Of a DNA stretch of 55,880 nucleotides, positions 1-8,877 are shown piece by piece. Every line of letters starts with the position of its first letter. Within the stretch, counting starts at the first letter, position 1. The DNA comes from a virus (lineage: Duplodnaviria > Caudoviricetes). The notes below the pieces were generated by a model, which did not search any database, was not told where the DNA came from, and saw nothing but the letters and a program-made list of their open reading frames with translations. The DNA lies in the IMG/VR virus record IMGVR_UViG_3300035182_000298, positions 1 to 55,880 of that record. The stretch is one strand, 5' to 3'. A program made the position numbers and the translations under genes.

Positions 1-709
1 GATCTACAGAATCTATTTGTATATGATCAAAATTAAAATCAGCAGGGGCATCCATATTTAAATACACATTATCAGTGCAACCAGAATCACCCGCTCCACT
101 ATATTCAATATTAACATCCTTGACATGTTCTATGCTAAATAGTTCATTAGGTTGTTCAAAGAAGTATTCCCATAAATTAAACTGGTAAGAATCTAACTGC
201 TCTTTCATTTGCTCTGTATAGCAGTTACAGTATATTGGTTTAACTAACTTTTCTTCTGTGGTTTTTACATCTGCTGTTTCTAGTTCATAACAATCAGGAT
301 AAAACAACTCTATCCAATTGCTGTATACCATATCAAGTGGCATAGTACCGCGTTCTTCTGGATGTTCGTCTTTATTGTCTACTTTATACAAAGTAAATGT
401 TCCTGTAATCATATCAATGCTGAAGTGTTGATCAAACTTCAATGGTAAATGAATTGCGGGTATGTCTATAAACTTACGCGCATTCACAATAGCATTAAAT
501 ACACTGCCTAAATCTGCATAATGTTTAGTCTTAACACCCATAGAAAGAATAGGAGCACGCGCTCTAAACTTTTGAAATGCAGATTGATATCGTATTAATT
601 CATTGACAAACTCTTGTGCAGAGCTTAGTTCTCCACCATCTGAGTAAGGTAGTATTATTGTTGTCTCAAATCCATTTTGAAATTTAATAGTTAAGGTTCT
701 TGTAAGCAT
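1..709 (-). CDS. hypothetical phage protein, partial (runs off window start)
   Basis: Not in the ORF track. Read by hand from ATG at 709 (TAATG overlap with the upstream stop): MLTRTLTIKFQNGF...IEYSGAGDSGC..., with no stop before base 1. The YxGxGDSG motif recalls DUF6878-type proteins (recollection, unverified). Confidence 0.7.
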   Translation of the reverse strand, partial: MLTRTLTIKFQNGFETTIILPYSDGGELSSAQEFVNELIRYQSAFQKFRARAPILSMGVKTKHYADLGSVFNAIVNARKFIDIPAIHLPLKFDQHFSIDMITGTFTLYKVDNKDEHPEERGTMPLDMVYSNWIELFYPDCYELETADVKTTEEKLVKPIYCNCYTEQMKEQLDSYQFNLWEYFFEQPNELFSIEHVKDVNIEYSGAGDSGCTDNVYLNMDAPADFNFDHIQIDSVD

Positions 710-1083
710 TATTCAATTAATTTAATTGTTTGTAATTCACCAGTTTTAATAGCAGCTTCTAATTCCATCCAATAATTAATAATGTTACCACCACCCAATA
801 CCAATATTGTTTTGTATCCACGTTTTTTTGTACCCATTTGTTTAATTGATTTGATTCTCATTTTGTAATCAGACCAACCAGAAGGTAATTTGATAGATTC
901 TGTAAATCCAGGAGCAGTATACACGTATACATAACTACCATTTATACCAGAGCCAAGACCTAATACTATATCTTCTTTTATTTTATAAGTGACATTATTA
1001 CTAGCTGTAATGCTGTCTAATCTTTCTCCTTGAGCTATTGCATTATTGGCAATAACAATTAAAATAAATAACAACTTTTTCAT
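709..1083 (-). CDS. putative secreted protein with signal peptide
   Basis: N-terminus MKKLLFILIVIANNAIA-Q is a Bacteroidota-type Sec signal with Q at +1; 124 aa. Confidence 0.7.
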   Translation of the reverse strand: MKKLLFILIVIANNAIAQGERLDSITASNNVTYKIKEDIVLGLGSGINGSYVYVYTAPGFTESIKLPSGWSDYKMRIKSIKQMGTKKRGYKTILVLGGGNIINYWMELEAAIKTGELQTIKLIE

Positions 1084-1095
1084 TTGACTAAATTT

Positions 1096-1118
1096 AAAAA
1101 CCCCTAGTTTCCTAGGGG
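1096..1118 (-). terminator. intrinsic terminator after the VWA gene
   Basis: CCCCTAG-N4-CTAGGGG hairpin followed by a T5 tract on the minus strand. Confidence 0.7.
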
Positions 1119-1125
1119 CTTATGT

Positions 1126-2916
1126 TTATAACACTATTTTTTCTTTAATTAAAACATTAATCTTACTACGAAGGAATCCTACAAAATCAGCAGGAAACGT
1201 ACTCATATTTTTCATATGAATAATATTCTTGAACATGTTCTTACTCTCATAACCATCAATAGCAACTTGTATAACTTGAAATCCCATTTTCTCTACTTCG
1301 TTAACCATTTTACGAGTGTGAGTAGTAGCGGGTTCACCACGATAGTTATGAGCAGAAGGTGCACCATCACTGATAACGATAAGTATACCACTGTTTAGTG
1401 TTTTGCTGCGTACACGTTTGGCAGTGGCTATAATAGCAGAACCATCTCGATTCTCGTATTTAGCAGTCATTGATCCAAGTGCTGTCTTTTGAGGACTACC
1501 TGGCTCTTTGTATACCAATAACTGAGTAGTACCAGTACCACTGCAAGAGTAATCACCATCACCATCCCAATCAGCTGTATGACCATACATGAACAATTCT
1601 ACATCTGTAACATCTTTGAGACATTCATTGAGAAATATTGCAGCTTTACGCGCTTGATCTATTTTGTCACCACCCATGCTACCTGATTCATCAACTAGTA
1701 TAGTAACACACAGTTTATTAGTTTTAACCTGACCAACTCGTTCATAAATTGTAGATACATGTTGGGAAGCTTCTGCTAGCTTATTGGTATCTAATCTACC
1801 ACTGCGCATAGATTTAAGTGAAAACTGATAGTCTCTGCTCTTACGACGAAGTAGTGTACCAATTACATTAGCTTTAGTAAGATCAATCTCTTTGATAATA
1901 TTTGCATATCTGTTTCTACTTTGATCTGTATCAAGTACAGATAGATAGTCAACCTTAGATGCACCCTTTTTACTTATTTCCTCTGCTGTTTTGATTGCTT
2001 GCATGAATTTAGTAAAGGAGTCAACAGACTCTTCAGACTTGTATTCTTCCTGCATTGAATTCATCATGTTTTTCATGAATTCGGTAGGTGTTGTCTTGCT
2101 AGAGTCAGTGCTGCTATCACTTTCATCTTCTCCACTTTCACCGTCACCACTTATGCCTTTACCATCTTCATCTTTATCATCTGGTGTTTCATGTTCAGGT
2201 GGTTTGACATATTGAGTAATAACATCTGCAATCTTTTTACTTACTTTCATGCAGCTGTCTAAACTATCAGGAATACCACCTTCTTTAGACAATATTGATT
2301 TAATCTTGTCTATAGGATCTTTAAACTTTAGCAATTCTTCTTCAGTAATCTGATCAGGATATCTAATGATACGATCAAACAATTCAAGCAAGTGCTCATA
2401 GTCATTATCTGGTACAGGACGATCTGTGTACTTATGATCTTTATATTTTTTAATGAACTTTAAATAACCTGGAGTATCAACCGCCATGCGTGAATTAATA
2501 CGCTCTTCGTTAAGCACTTTAAGTATAAAATTCTTTAATGTAGGTTTATGTTTACGAGATACAAGCAACATTTTCTTATGTTCTTCTACATCTTCGTGCA
2601 TAACTTTAGCAATATTCTGCAATGCGGCACCTATAAATATATCTGTGCTAATACCATTTGCTAACATCTCAGCGGGAATATATGCACGATTAGTAGAATT
2701 TTTACCAGTAAACTTAGAAGCGTCAATACCCACTACTTTAGACATTGTAGTAAGTAAACTAGCAGCCTCTTCCATATTCAATCTCTTACTATGACCAAAA
2801 AAGAAGTCACTGTAGTTTGTATAACCTTTATCCCAGCTATAAGCTCTTTTATCAGGGTTATAGTGAGTATAGCCATAATCAGCATCTCTACCAAACCAAT
2901 CTCTAAAATAAGTCAT
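1126..2916 (-). CDS. VWA (MIDAS) domain protein, CobT/NorD-like partner of the MoxR ATPase
   Basis: ILVDESGSMG (DxSxS MIDAS), SGRLDTNKL, NRDG and IVISDGAP motifs. An acidic linker separates the N-terminal helical domain from the VWA domain. Lies downstream of the AAA+ ATPase. Confidence 0.88.
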   Translation of the reverse strand: MTYFRDWFGRDADYGYTHYNPDKRAYSWDKGYTNYSDFFFGHSKRLNMEEAASLLTTMSKVVGIDASKFTGKNSTNRAYIPAEMLANGISTDIFIGAALQNIAKVMHEDVEEHKKMLLVSRKHKPTLKNFILKVLNEERINSRMAVDTPGYLKFIKKYKDHKYTDRPVPDNDYEHLLELFDRIIRYPDQITEEELLKFKDPIDKIKSILSKEGGIPDSLDSCMKVSKKIADVITQYVKPPEHETPDDKDEDGKGISGDGESGEDESDSSTDSSKTTPTEFMKNMMNSMQEEYKSEESVDSFTKFMQAIKTAEEISKKGASKVDYLSVLDTDQSRNRYANIIKEIDLTKANVIGTLLRRKSRDYQFSLKSMRSGRLDTNKLAEASQHVSTIYERVGQVKTNKLCVTILVDESGSMGGDKIDQARKAAIFLNECLKDVTDVELFMYGHTADWDGDGDYSCSGTGTTQLLVYKEPGSPQKTALGSMTAKYENRDGSAIIATAKRVRSKTLNSGILIVISDGAPSAHNYRGEPATTHTRKMVNEVEKMGFQVIQVAIDGYESKNMFKNIIHMKNMSTFPADFVGFLRSKINVLIKEKIVL

Positions 2917-3149
2917 GATTGTAGTTCTTTTAACTTTTGATTAAATTCGTTTTGCATATGCTCAATATCATATACTTTTTTGTCAGTTTCATCTTTATAA
3001 TAACAAATAGATACTTCAATAGTGTTTTGTTTTGATAAAGATGTTTGTTGTTGTATTGCTATTGCAATCTTACCAAGATTTTCAGCAATGTCTGGAAATA
3101 CTTGCTCAATAAGTTTTCTTCCCATCAATGTTTCATGAAGTTCTGCCAT
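2913..3149 (-). CDS. hypothetical protein
   Basis: 78 aa ORF with ATGA overlap into the VWA gene. Confidence 0.65.
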   Translation of the reverse strand: MAELHETLMGRKLIEQVFPDIAENLGKIAIAIQQQTSLSKQNTIEVSICYYKDETDKKVYDIEHMQNEFNQKLKELQS

Positions 3150-3203
3150 CGTTTTTTCTCTATTTAATTTTTATAATAAGATTAGCTTCTAACTATTTCA
3201 CAT

Positions 3204-3240
3204 AAAAAAAGTAGCAGCTGACCTAAATCAACTGCTACTT
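3204..3240 (-). terminator. intrinsic terminator after the ATPase gene
   Basis: GTAGCAG(C/T)TGA stem, 6-nt loop and T7 tract on the minus strand. Confidence 0.75.
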
Positions 3241-3261
3241 CACTTCTACAATTTACTTTGA

Positions 3262-3756
3262 TTAGTTAGCTGCTATAATAGATTTAACTTTAGTGCGTTC
3301 TGACACACCAGAAGCATCATCAAATAAAGGCATAATAACTTGCATTAATGCACCTACAGTATCAAAACCATCTTTGATAAGATTAGCTGCAAGCAGTGTA
3401 TGACGCACTGACACTACATTGCTAAGCTCTTGCTCTTTGAATTGATCACGAATTGTCTTAGATACTTTAACAATAGCTTTTGCTATCTTTTCGCTAACAC
3501 CAGTACGCACCATCAAAATGTTTGTTTCTGACATCTCAGATGGATAGCTTAATTCCACAGGAAAGAAGCGATCTAATAACGCACGATCAATTTGAGTGGT
3601 ACCACTATATTCTGCACCTAGGTTGGCGGTAGCAAAAAACACACACTTCTCATTGATAGTAATATTACGTACTGCATCACCACCAGCAATATCTACAGGA
3701 AGATACCTGCGTTTATCAAGACAAGGAAACAATATATTAGTAGCACTTAGTGGGGC
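3262..3756 (-). CDS. MoxR/CbbQ-type AAA+ ATPase, exon 2
   Basis: APLSATNILFPCLD...FFATANLGAEYSGTTQIDRALLDRF (sensor 1 and arginine finger), then VSVRHTL (sensor 2). Joins exon 1 in frame as DELNR^APLS. Confidence 0.9.
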   Translation of the reverse strand, partial: APLSATNILFPCLDKRRYLPVDIAGGDAVRNITINEKCVFFATANLGAEYSGTTQIDRALLDRFFPVELSYPSEMSETNILMVRTGVSEKIAKAIVKVSKTIRDQFKEQELSNVVSVRHTLLAANLIKDGFDTVGALMQVIMPLFDDASGVSERTKVKSIIAAN

Positions 3757-4097
3757 CAATTTGTTATCATAGAAGCTCTTTATCTTCTATTTCTGCATAT
3801 TACTGTGCAGTTCAGACTATATCATCACCAAAGTCAAATATTTTGAAAGTAACAGACACCAATGGATTACCATCTTTATCTCTTTCTATGACTATGGGCA
3901 GGACGCTCGTGTTAGCATTACCATCCTCAACATTACTTGTTAGGACTCGGCTATTAGTCGTTGAACCTTCAAAAGTGTTACCACTTAAGCTTGGCTGCTG
4001 ATTGTCCTCTGAGCCTTCAGTAGGATTTTCCAGCAATTCATCCTGTTTTACAATCGCTTCCCCCTTCTTAAACATATAAATAAGAATATTTTTGTTA
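3757..4097 (-). mobile_element. group I self-splicing intron (341 nt, IA-like, no homing endonuclease)
   Basis: 5' exon ends in U and the intron ends in G. P1: exon AAUCGU pairs with IGS GCGAUU (4057-4052), with U.G at the splice site. Core motifs: P AAUUGCUGGAAA (4038-4027), Q AAUCAGCAG (4003-3995), R UUCAACGACUA (3965-3955), S AUGAUAUAGUC (3825-3815). P3 is CAGGAUG/CGUCCUG and P7 is GACUA/UAGUC. Confidence 0.93.
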
Positions 4098-4865
4098 ACG
4101 ATTTAATTCATCAAGAAGGACAATACCTTCACGTTGTATGTGACCCACAAATGGAGCATAATCAAAGTCTGAGTGACCTTCTTTGTTTAACCTGTGTACA
4201 CCTAACAATGCAGACTGAGCATCTTGCACAGTACCCATATCCTGTATACTCAAAGGTTTTTCCATAGCGCGTGCAATGTGACTTACAAGCTCTGTTTTAC
4301 CTGATCCAGTAGGTCCTATAAGCAAACTATTTTCACCTCGTATAACATTACGAATTAAAAGATACCACATATCAGCGTCAATATAAAATCCAGTGTCTTG
4401 TTCACTAGGACAAGGATACATACGCATAATGCGATCACGCAGTGTACCACTTTCGTTTTCAACAAACGCTTTGCATTTAGCTTCAATATCGATCTGATAA
4501 CCCATCTCTATCCATTTAGTAGCATATTCAATAGCTATATCACGCTTAATTATGTTGGATGCAATCATCCATTCAAATGCATAATTTACATCTTCATTAG
4601 TTGGACAAGCATCGCCTTTAATACTACCATACAAATTGTCTTCGTGCATCACAGCACGAGGTGTACCCATTATTTTACATACTAAATCACCCCAGCTAAT
4701 ATCACTCACTGCAAATATTGTCCCAATGGGGAATTTTGTCAAAACTTTAGAATCACCCACAAATGTAGTAGTAGCTAAATCTACAGCAACAGGATTGTTA
4801 GCTTGATTCTTAACGAATTCAATAGTAAACTGTGTTCCCTTAAGGGTTGTTTGAATAAGATACAT
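4098..4865 (-). CDS. MoxR/CbbQ-type AAA+ ATPase, exon 1 (spliced product 420 aa)
   Basis: Walker A GPTGSGKT and Walker B IVLLDELNR, followed immediately by a TAA that is the first three bases of the intron. Confidence 0.9.
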
Positions 4866-4867
4866 AC

Positions 4868-5035
4868 TTACTTTTTAAATTTTGGTTTAAGATACTCAAT
4901 AAGATACTTAGCGTAGCTGACTAGCAACACTTGTTTGTCAAACACAAATTGCTCTTTTTCTTGAGCTAATGCTTTATCATACTCATTCTCGAGCCTGTTA
5001 AAGTCTTCCTTATTGAAAGATTTTGTATCAGTCAT
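4868..5035 (-). CDS. small hypothetical protein (55 aa)
   Basis: Read by hand: MTDTKSFNKEDFNRLENEYDKALAQEKEQFVFDKQVLLVSYAKYLIEYLKPKFKK. Fills the gap between neighbouring genes. Confidence 0.7.
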   Translation of the reverse strand: MTDTKSFNKEDFNRLENEYDKALAQEKEQFVFDKQVLLVSYAKYLIEYLKPKFKK

Positions 5036-5051
5036 AAACTGCTATTTGTTT

Positions 5052-5486
5052 TTATTTATCAGATCCTTCTGAATATTTCCAATGTATATGTACTGCAAAT
5101 GCAGACAATACTCCTGCAATGGCAGTTGCTACCCACCAATTTCTACTTTTGCGCACAGATGCGTGTTTTTTAGCTGCTGCTACTTGTTGGTAAAGATTTT
5201 CACTAGACATACTATCGTTGTAGTTACGCTCCTTTAGAAGTTCACTTTGCATGTATGTAGTGTTTCTATCTTTAGCAACCAACATTTCAGATTGATTCTT
5301 TAAGTCAGCACGTAAGGTTATAACTTCAATGCGAATTGAATCACACTCCTGAAGATCCTCTAACATATATTTCATTAGATACTTTGGAGTGTATACCAAA
5401 GAATCTTTATTTGTTTTCGTACCGCTTTGTGAGAATGCGGTTGTAATACTGAGAAGAGTAATTAGAAATAGGAGTGATTTTTTCAT
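5052..5486 (-). CDS. envelope protein: signal peptide, coiled coil and C-terminal TM segment
   Basis: MKKSLLFLITLLSITTAFS-Q signal; C-terminal WWVATAIAGVLSAFAVHIHW. Confidence 0.7.
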   Translation of the reverse strand: MKKSLLFLITLLSITTAFSQSGTKTNKDSLVYTPKYLMKYMLEDLQECDSIRIEVITLRADLKNQSEMLVAKDRNTTYMQSELLKERNYNDSMSSENLYQQVAAAKKHASVRKSRNWWVATAIAGVLSAFAVHIHWKYSEGSDK

Positions 5487-5754
5487 TTTTATTAATGGTT
5501 TTAGTAATAATTTTTATAGGTGTTAATTTAAGTTGATTATTTTCAGACTCAATCTCAATAACGTGGTTAATAAGTTGGTCTTTTTCTTGGATCATGCCGC
5601 TCATCTTTTCATTGAGTGACTCAATGGTAGCAGATTGAAATTCAGTCTGATTAATTAATTGTTTTTGATACTTGGCAAGATCGCTATATTCTAGGTATAT
5701 GAATATACAGAACGCTAGCATAATTGTTAGTAAGATAGATTGTAATACTTTCAT
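5407..5754 (-). CDS. membrane-anchored coiled-coil protein (spanin-like architecture)
   Basis: N-terminal TM segment then a heptad-rich region; overlaps the next gene by 80 nt. Confidence 0.65.
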   Translation of the reverse strand: MKVLQSILLTIMLAFCIFIYLEYSDLAKYQKQLINQTEFQSATIESLNEKMSGMIQEKDQLINHVIEIESENNQLKLTPIKIITKTINKNEKITPISNYSSQYYNRILTKRYENK

Positions 5755-5823
5755 GGTTTTACTTCTTTTTTATAGTTAATAATAAATTCAACAAATTCAC
5801 GGAGTTTGAACCTATCTGAAAAC

Positions 5824-6009
5824 TCATAGTACTTTCCAATGATCATCTATAGCCTTTTCTGATTCTATGCTAATAAGACAGAAATCTGTATTGCTATCAG
5901 ATAGTTCATACTCATAATAATAATAGCCAGTGGTATCCCCTGATTCTTCTGGAGACACCACTATTTTTGTAAAACCTAATTTTTCAAGGTCTAGTTGTGT
6001 AATTTTCAT
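5824..6009 (-). CDS. hypothetical protein, possibly frameshifted near its 3' end
   Basis: 61 aa ORF. A plausible continuation in the +1 frame ends at 5759. Confidence 0.6.
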   Translation of the reverse strand: MKITQLDLEKLGFTKIVVSPEESGDTTGYYYYEYELSDSNTDFCLISIESEKAIDDHWKVL

Positions 6010-6596
6010 CGTATTTCAAATCCTCCACATTCGCGTAAGAAATTAACAAAGTCTTGTAAACAAGTCAATCCACAACAGTGGGATGTGTTATACATAAAAC
6101 CATCCACTTCAAATACACCATCTTTAACAAATATTTCGGGATATAAAAATAGCTCTAATTTATTTGATAGTATAGGTTCTACACTAACATTAGACAGACT
6201 ACCTGATTCTGTTATTGTTTGTTGTGTATACCATCCTACATTCAAACCAATACTATTCCATCCTTCAAACTTTACAGCAATATAATCATCAATAAAATTA
6301 GCAAGTATTGTGCATTCTTGTTGAGTCTTCAACCCAGCTCCAGAATTTACTTGAATATTATCAATAAAATCTACTGGTAAGGATAAATTATACATAGTAG
6401 CAGATTCCAAGATTACCTGTGCAATAGGACGCCAACTCCACACATTAGCTCTAAAGTAATAACCAAGGTTTTCTTGCTCAAACTCTGCCATGCTTGTCCT
6501 ATAATCATTTTTTTGCACTCTAGTGCTATTATCCCATTCTATTTCTGGTTTTACACCCTTAATCATAGGGTTTAAACCGTAGATATCCATGCCCAT
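6006..6596 (-). CDS. phage hypothetical protein (MGMDIY family)
   Basis: MGMDIYG...YFRANVWSWRPI...FVNFLRECGGFEIR; overlaps neighbours in operon fashion. Confidence 0.75.
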   Translation of the reverse strand: MGMDIYGLNPMIKGVKPEIEWDNSTRVQKNDYRTSMAEFEQENLGYYFRANVWSWRPIAQVILESATMYNLSLPVDFIDNIQVNSGAGLKTQQECTILANFIDDYIAVKFEGWNSIGLNVGWYTQQTITESGSLSNVSVEPILSNKLELFLYPEIFVKDGVFEVDGFMYNTSHCCGLTCLQDFVNFLRECGGFEIR

Positions 6597-6973
6597 TATT
6601 TACCAAAGTCTTTTTTAAGTTTGTTAAGTAGGTCTTTGAGTTTCTCACCTTCTGTTGTATTATTAATGAAATCTTTAAGACGTTCAGCTTCAATATCAGT
6701 ATCACCAAAAATATTCTTAATTTCATCCATTATTGCATTAGCATCAATGGCTGATTTTAGATTATCATCAATAGTTTTTAAATTGCTATCAATCATACTA
6801 CGTAGCATAGTTAAACCAGCGATTGAAGCGGCTGGACTACCTGTTACTTTAATTGTCTGAGTTACAGGATATCCTTCGGGATTAAACTCAATAGCAAGTA
6901 ATACTAAAGAGTTGTTTGAGTCTTTAATGACTTTATCAATATGTTCAAAAATTTCTTCTAAGATAAGTTTCAT
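6596..6973 (-). CDS. hypothetical protein
   Basis: 125 aa ORF with start/stop overlaps on both sides. Confidence 0.7.
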   Translation of the reverse strand: MKLILEEIFEHIDKVIKDSNNSLVLLAIEFNPEGYPVTQTIKVTGSPAASIAGLTMLRSMIDSNLKTIDDNLKSAIDANAIMDEIKNIFGDTDIEAERLKDFINNTTEGEKLKDLLNKLKKDFGK

Positions 6974-7269
6974 GATTCTAAAGATTGTTTAATATTTGGT
7001 TCTGCTTCTTCTATCATCTCAACTATATGAGAGAGTTTGTCTACAATGCTGTTTATTGTTTTGTAATAGGTGCTTTCACGAATCTGTTCAATTTCTTGAT
7101 CACCAATTGGAATAAAAACAACAGGTTGAACAGTAAATTCAGTGTAATCACTCATATCCAAGCGTTCAGTACGCACTCGAGAATCTAAACGGTTGTCTAA
7201 ATCCTCGAGGTGCGTTTTGAACTGATAGTAGACACACGATATTTCAGTGTTGTCTAATGATTTAATCAT
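6970..7269 (-). CDS. hypothetical protein
   Basis: 99 aa ORF with ATGA overlaps. Confidence 0.7.
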   Translation of the reverse strand: MIKSLDNTEISCVYYQFKTHLEDLDNRLDSRVRTERLDMSDYTEFTVQPVVFIPIGDQEIEQIRESTYYKTINSIVDKLSHIVEMIEEAEPNIKQSLES

Positions 7270-7751
7270 AGGTCAATTGTTTCTTCATTTAAATTATAAA
7301 AATTTAAAGATAGTAATTTATGATTAATCCAAAGATCAATGATATCAAGTGTGGTAATTTTACATTCTTTCAATGTGGGTAGATTGCTGTACTTACCATC
7401 TTTAAAATAACTAAGCTTGATGTGCGGGAAAATAACACCAAGTAGCTTGTTAGAATCACCATACACACGCTCATACTTAAATTGGTTAAGCGCATTGATA
7501 GCACGAAGATGATCATTCTTAATCCTAAAAATAACTTGTTGAGTCATGGATTGGGTTTGTTCTTCTTGAAATGCATCCATACCATACATCAAACGACGGT
7601 ACATTGATTTTTGAATTGTGTTCATTGTAAAGTACTTACGTTGAACATTAATGCTAATTTGTTCATCCTGCTCATAAGAAATGAAACTAGATTTACCATT
7701 AGCGTAATTAATTGCGATGCCAGTTTTAGTAGCTGTGATTGTTTTATTCAT
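7266..7751 (-). CDS. hypothetical protein
   Basis: 161 aa ORF in the early operon. Confidence 0.7.
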   Translation of the reverse strand: MNKTITATKTGIAINYANGKSSFISYEQDEQISINVQRKYFTMNTIQKSMYRRLMYGMDAFQEEQTQSMTQQVIFRIKNDHLRAINALNQFKYERVYGDSNKLLGVIFPHIKLSYFKDGKYSNLPTLKECKITTLDIIDLWINHKLLSLNFYNLNEETIDL

Positions 7752-7780
7752 ATCAGTTAGTGTTTTTTAATGTTATAATA

Positions 7781-8083
7781 TCAGTAATAGGCGTTTTCAA
7801 CAGAGAAAAGTATAATAGGGAGGTCCCAATTTTCAAACATTAATACATATTCTCCATTCATGGTGCCATGATTGATCAGAACAGATTGTTTAGTTACAGT
7901 ACATGCTAGTTCCTCTAGTTTATCAAGTGAATCAGCCATTAATGTGACAGATTTACCCATATAATTAAAATGGGCAATAAACTTAAAAATGTATGGTTCA
8001 GGAACTTCGCGATACGCTGCATTAATTTCTTCGTGATAAAATTCTTTTATTTTGCTCATGTGTTGTTTTTTGGATACTCGCAC
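7781..8083 (-). CDS. hypothetical protein (true start probably MSKIKE)
   Basis: ORF in the early operon. Confidence 0.6.
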   Translation of the reverse strand: MRVSKKQHMSKIKEFYHEEINAAYREVPEPYIFKFIAHFNYMGKSVTLMADSLDKLEELACTVTKQSVLINHGTMNGEYVLMFENWDLPIILFSVENAYY

Positions 8084-8382
8084 TGCGTAAGTGAACCTGA
8101 TTTGAGCTGTATTGTATGCTCTTTACCTGTAGATAGGTTCTTATGCACTAGAGTATAGTTCTTACTATTATAGTTAGGTACTGTTAATGGTACATCAAAG
8201 TAGACGTATTTTACTATTTCATCCATTGATGTGTATATTTTGTATTTGACTCGACGGGTAATAAGATCTTCAATACGCAGTATATACTGCATTTCAATGG
8301 TTGTTGACCCTCTTAATTGCTTTTTAAATAAGCGTTTTAGAGAACATAATTTAAGATTTACAAGTAATCGCTTGATTTTCAT
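8056..8382 (-). CDS. hypothetical protein (start uncertain)
   Basis: ORF in the early operon; the internal Met at MQYILRIED is an alternative start. Confidence 0.5.
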   Translation of the reverse strand: MKIKRLLVNLKLCSLKRLFKKQLRGSTTIEMQYILRIEDLITRRVKYKIYTSMDEIVKYVYFDVPLTVPNYNSKNYTLVHKNLSTGKEHTIQLKSGSLTQCEYPKNNT

Positions 8383-8401
8383 ATATATTTTGCATTAAAG
8401 T

Positions 8402-8432
8402 AAAAGGGGGGCTAGGTTATACACCCAGCCCC
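8402..8432 (-). terminator. putative intrinsic terminator
   Basis: GGGGCTGGGT/ACCTAGCCCC hairpin followed by TTTT on the minus strand. Confidence 0.55.
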
Positions 8433-8462
8433 ACAGTTACTACCCTATGAACACTAACTAAT

Positions 8463-8843
8463 TTATAACTTTTTAAGTATATCGCGTAGTTTATCTAAAG
8501 GATCTTGAGTTACACATATCTCAATTAATCCTCTAACAATTAAATAATCCCGCAAATCCGCACTAGCATTGTTTAATATATTTTCAATAAAAGTAGACTT
8601 AGTTGAACTAGGTGTTTGATCATTAATTAGTTTAAGTTCGTTATTTAATGTAGTTTCATAACCTTTTGTAAAGCCACATGCTGAGAACACATCATCTGCA
8701 TCGTGGTCAAACGTACGACTTGATGTACGATCTGTTGTATCACTGTTTTCTTGGTTAGGTATATTACGAATAGCCCAACTAACTTCTTCTTGAGTGAGTG
8801 AATTATTTGCACTCAAGATTACTTCCATAATTTTTTGTTTCAT
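8463..8843 (-). CDS. hypothetical protein
   Basis: ATG at 8843 (MKQKIMEV) follows an A-rich leader and is preferred over the track's TTG start at 8873. Confidence 0.65.
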   Translation of the reverse strand: MKQKIMEVILSANNSLTQEEVSWAIRNIPNQENSDTTDRTSSRTFDHDADDVFSACGFTKGYETTLNNELKLINDQTPSSTKSTFIENILNNASADLRDYLIVRGLIEICVTQDPLDKLRDILKKL

Positions 8844-8877
8844 AGACTTTGTTTTTTGATTTTTTGTATTCAATTAG

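Noticed and set aside
3262-3759. Independent gene starting at TTG 3759
   Set aside because: The TTG is the intron's last three bases; this region is exon 2 of the ATPase.
3812-4075. 87-aa ORF between the two ATPase halves
   Set aside because: It is a translation of the group I intron core (P, Q, R, S elements) and has no endonuclease motifs.
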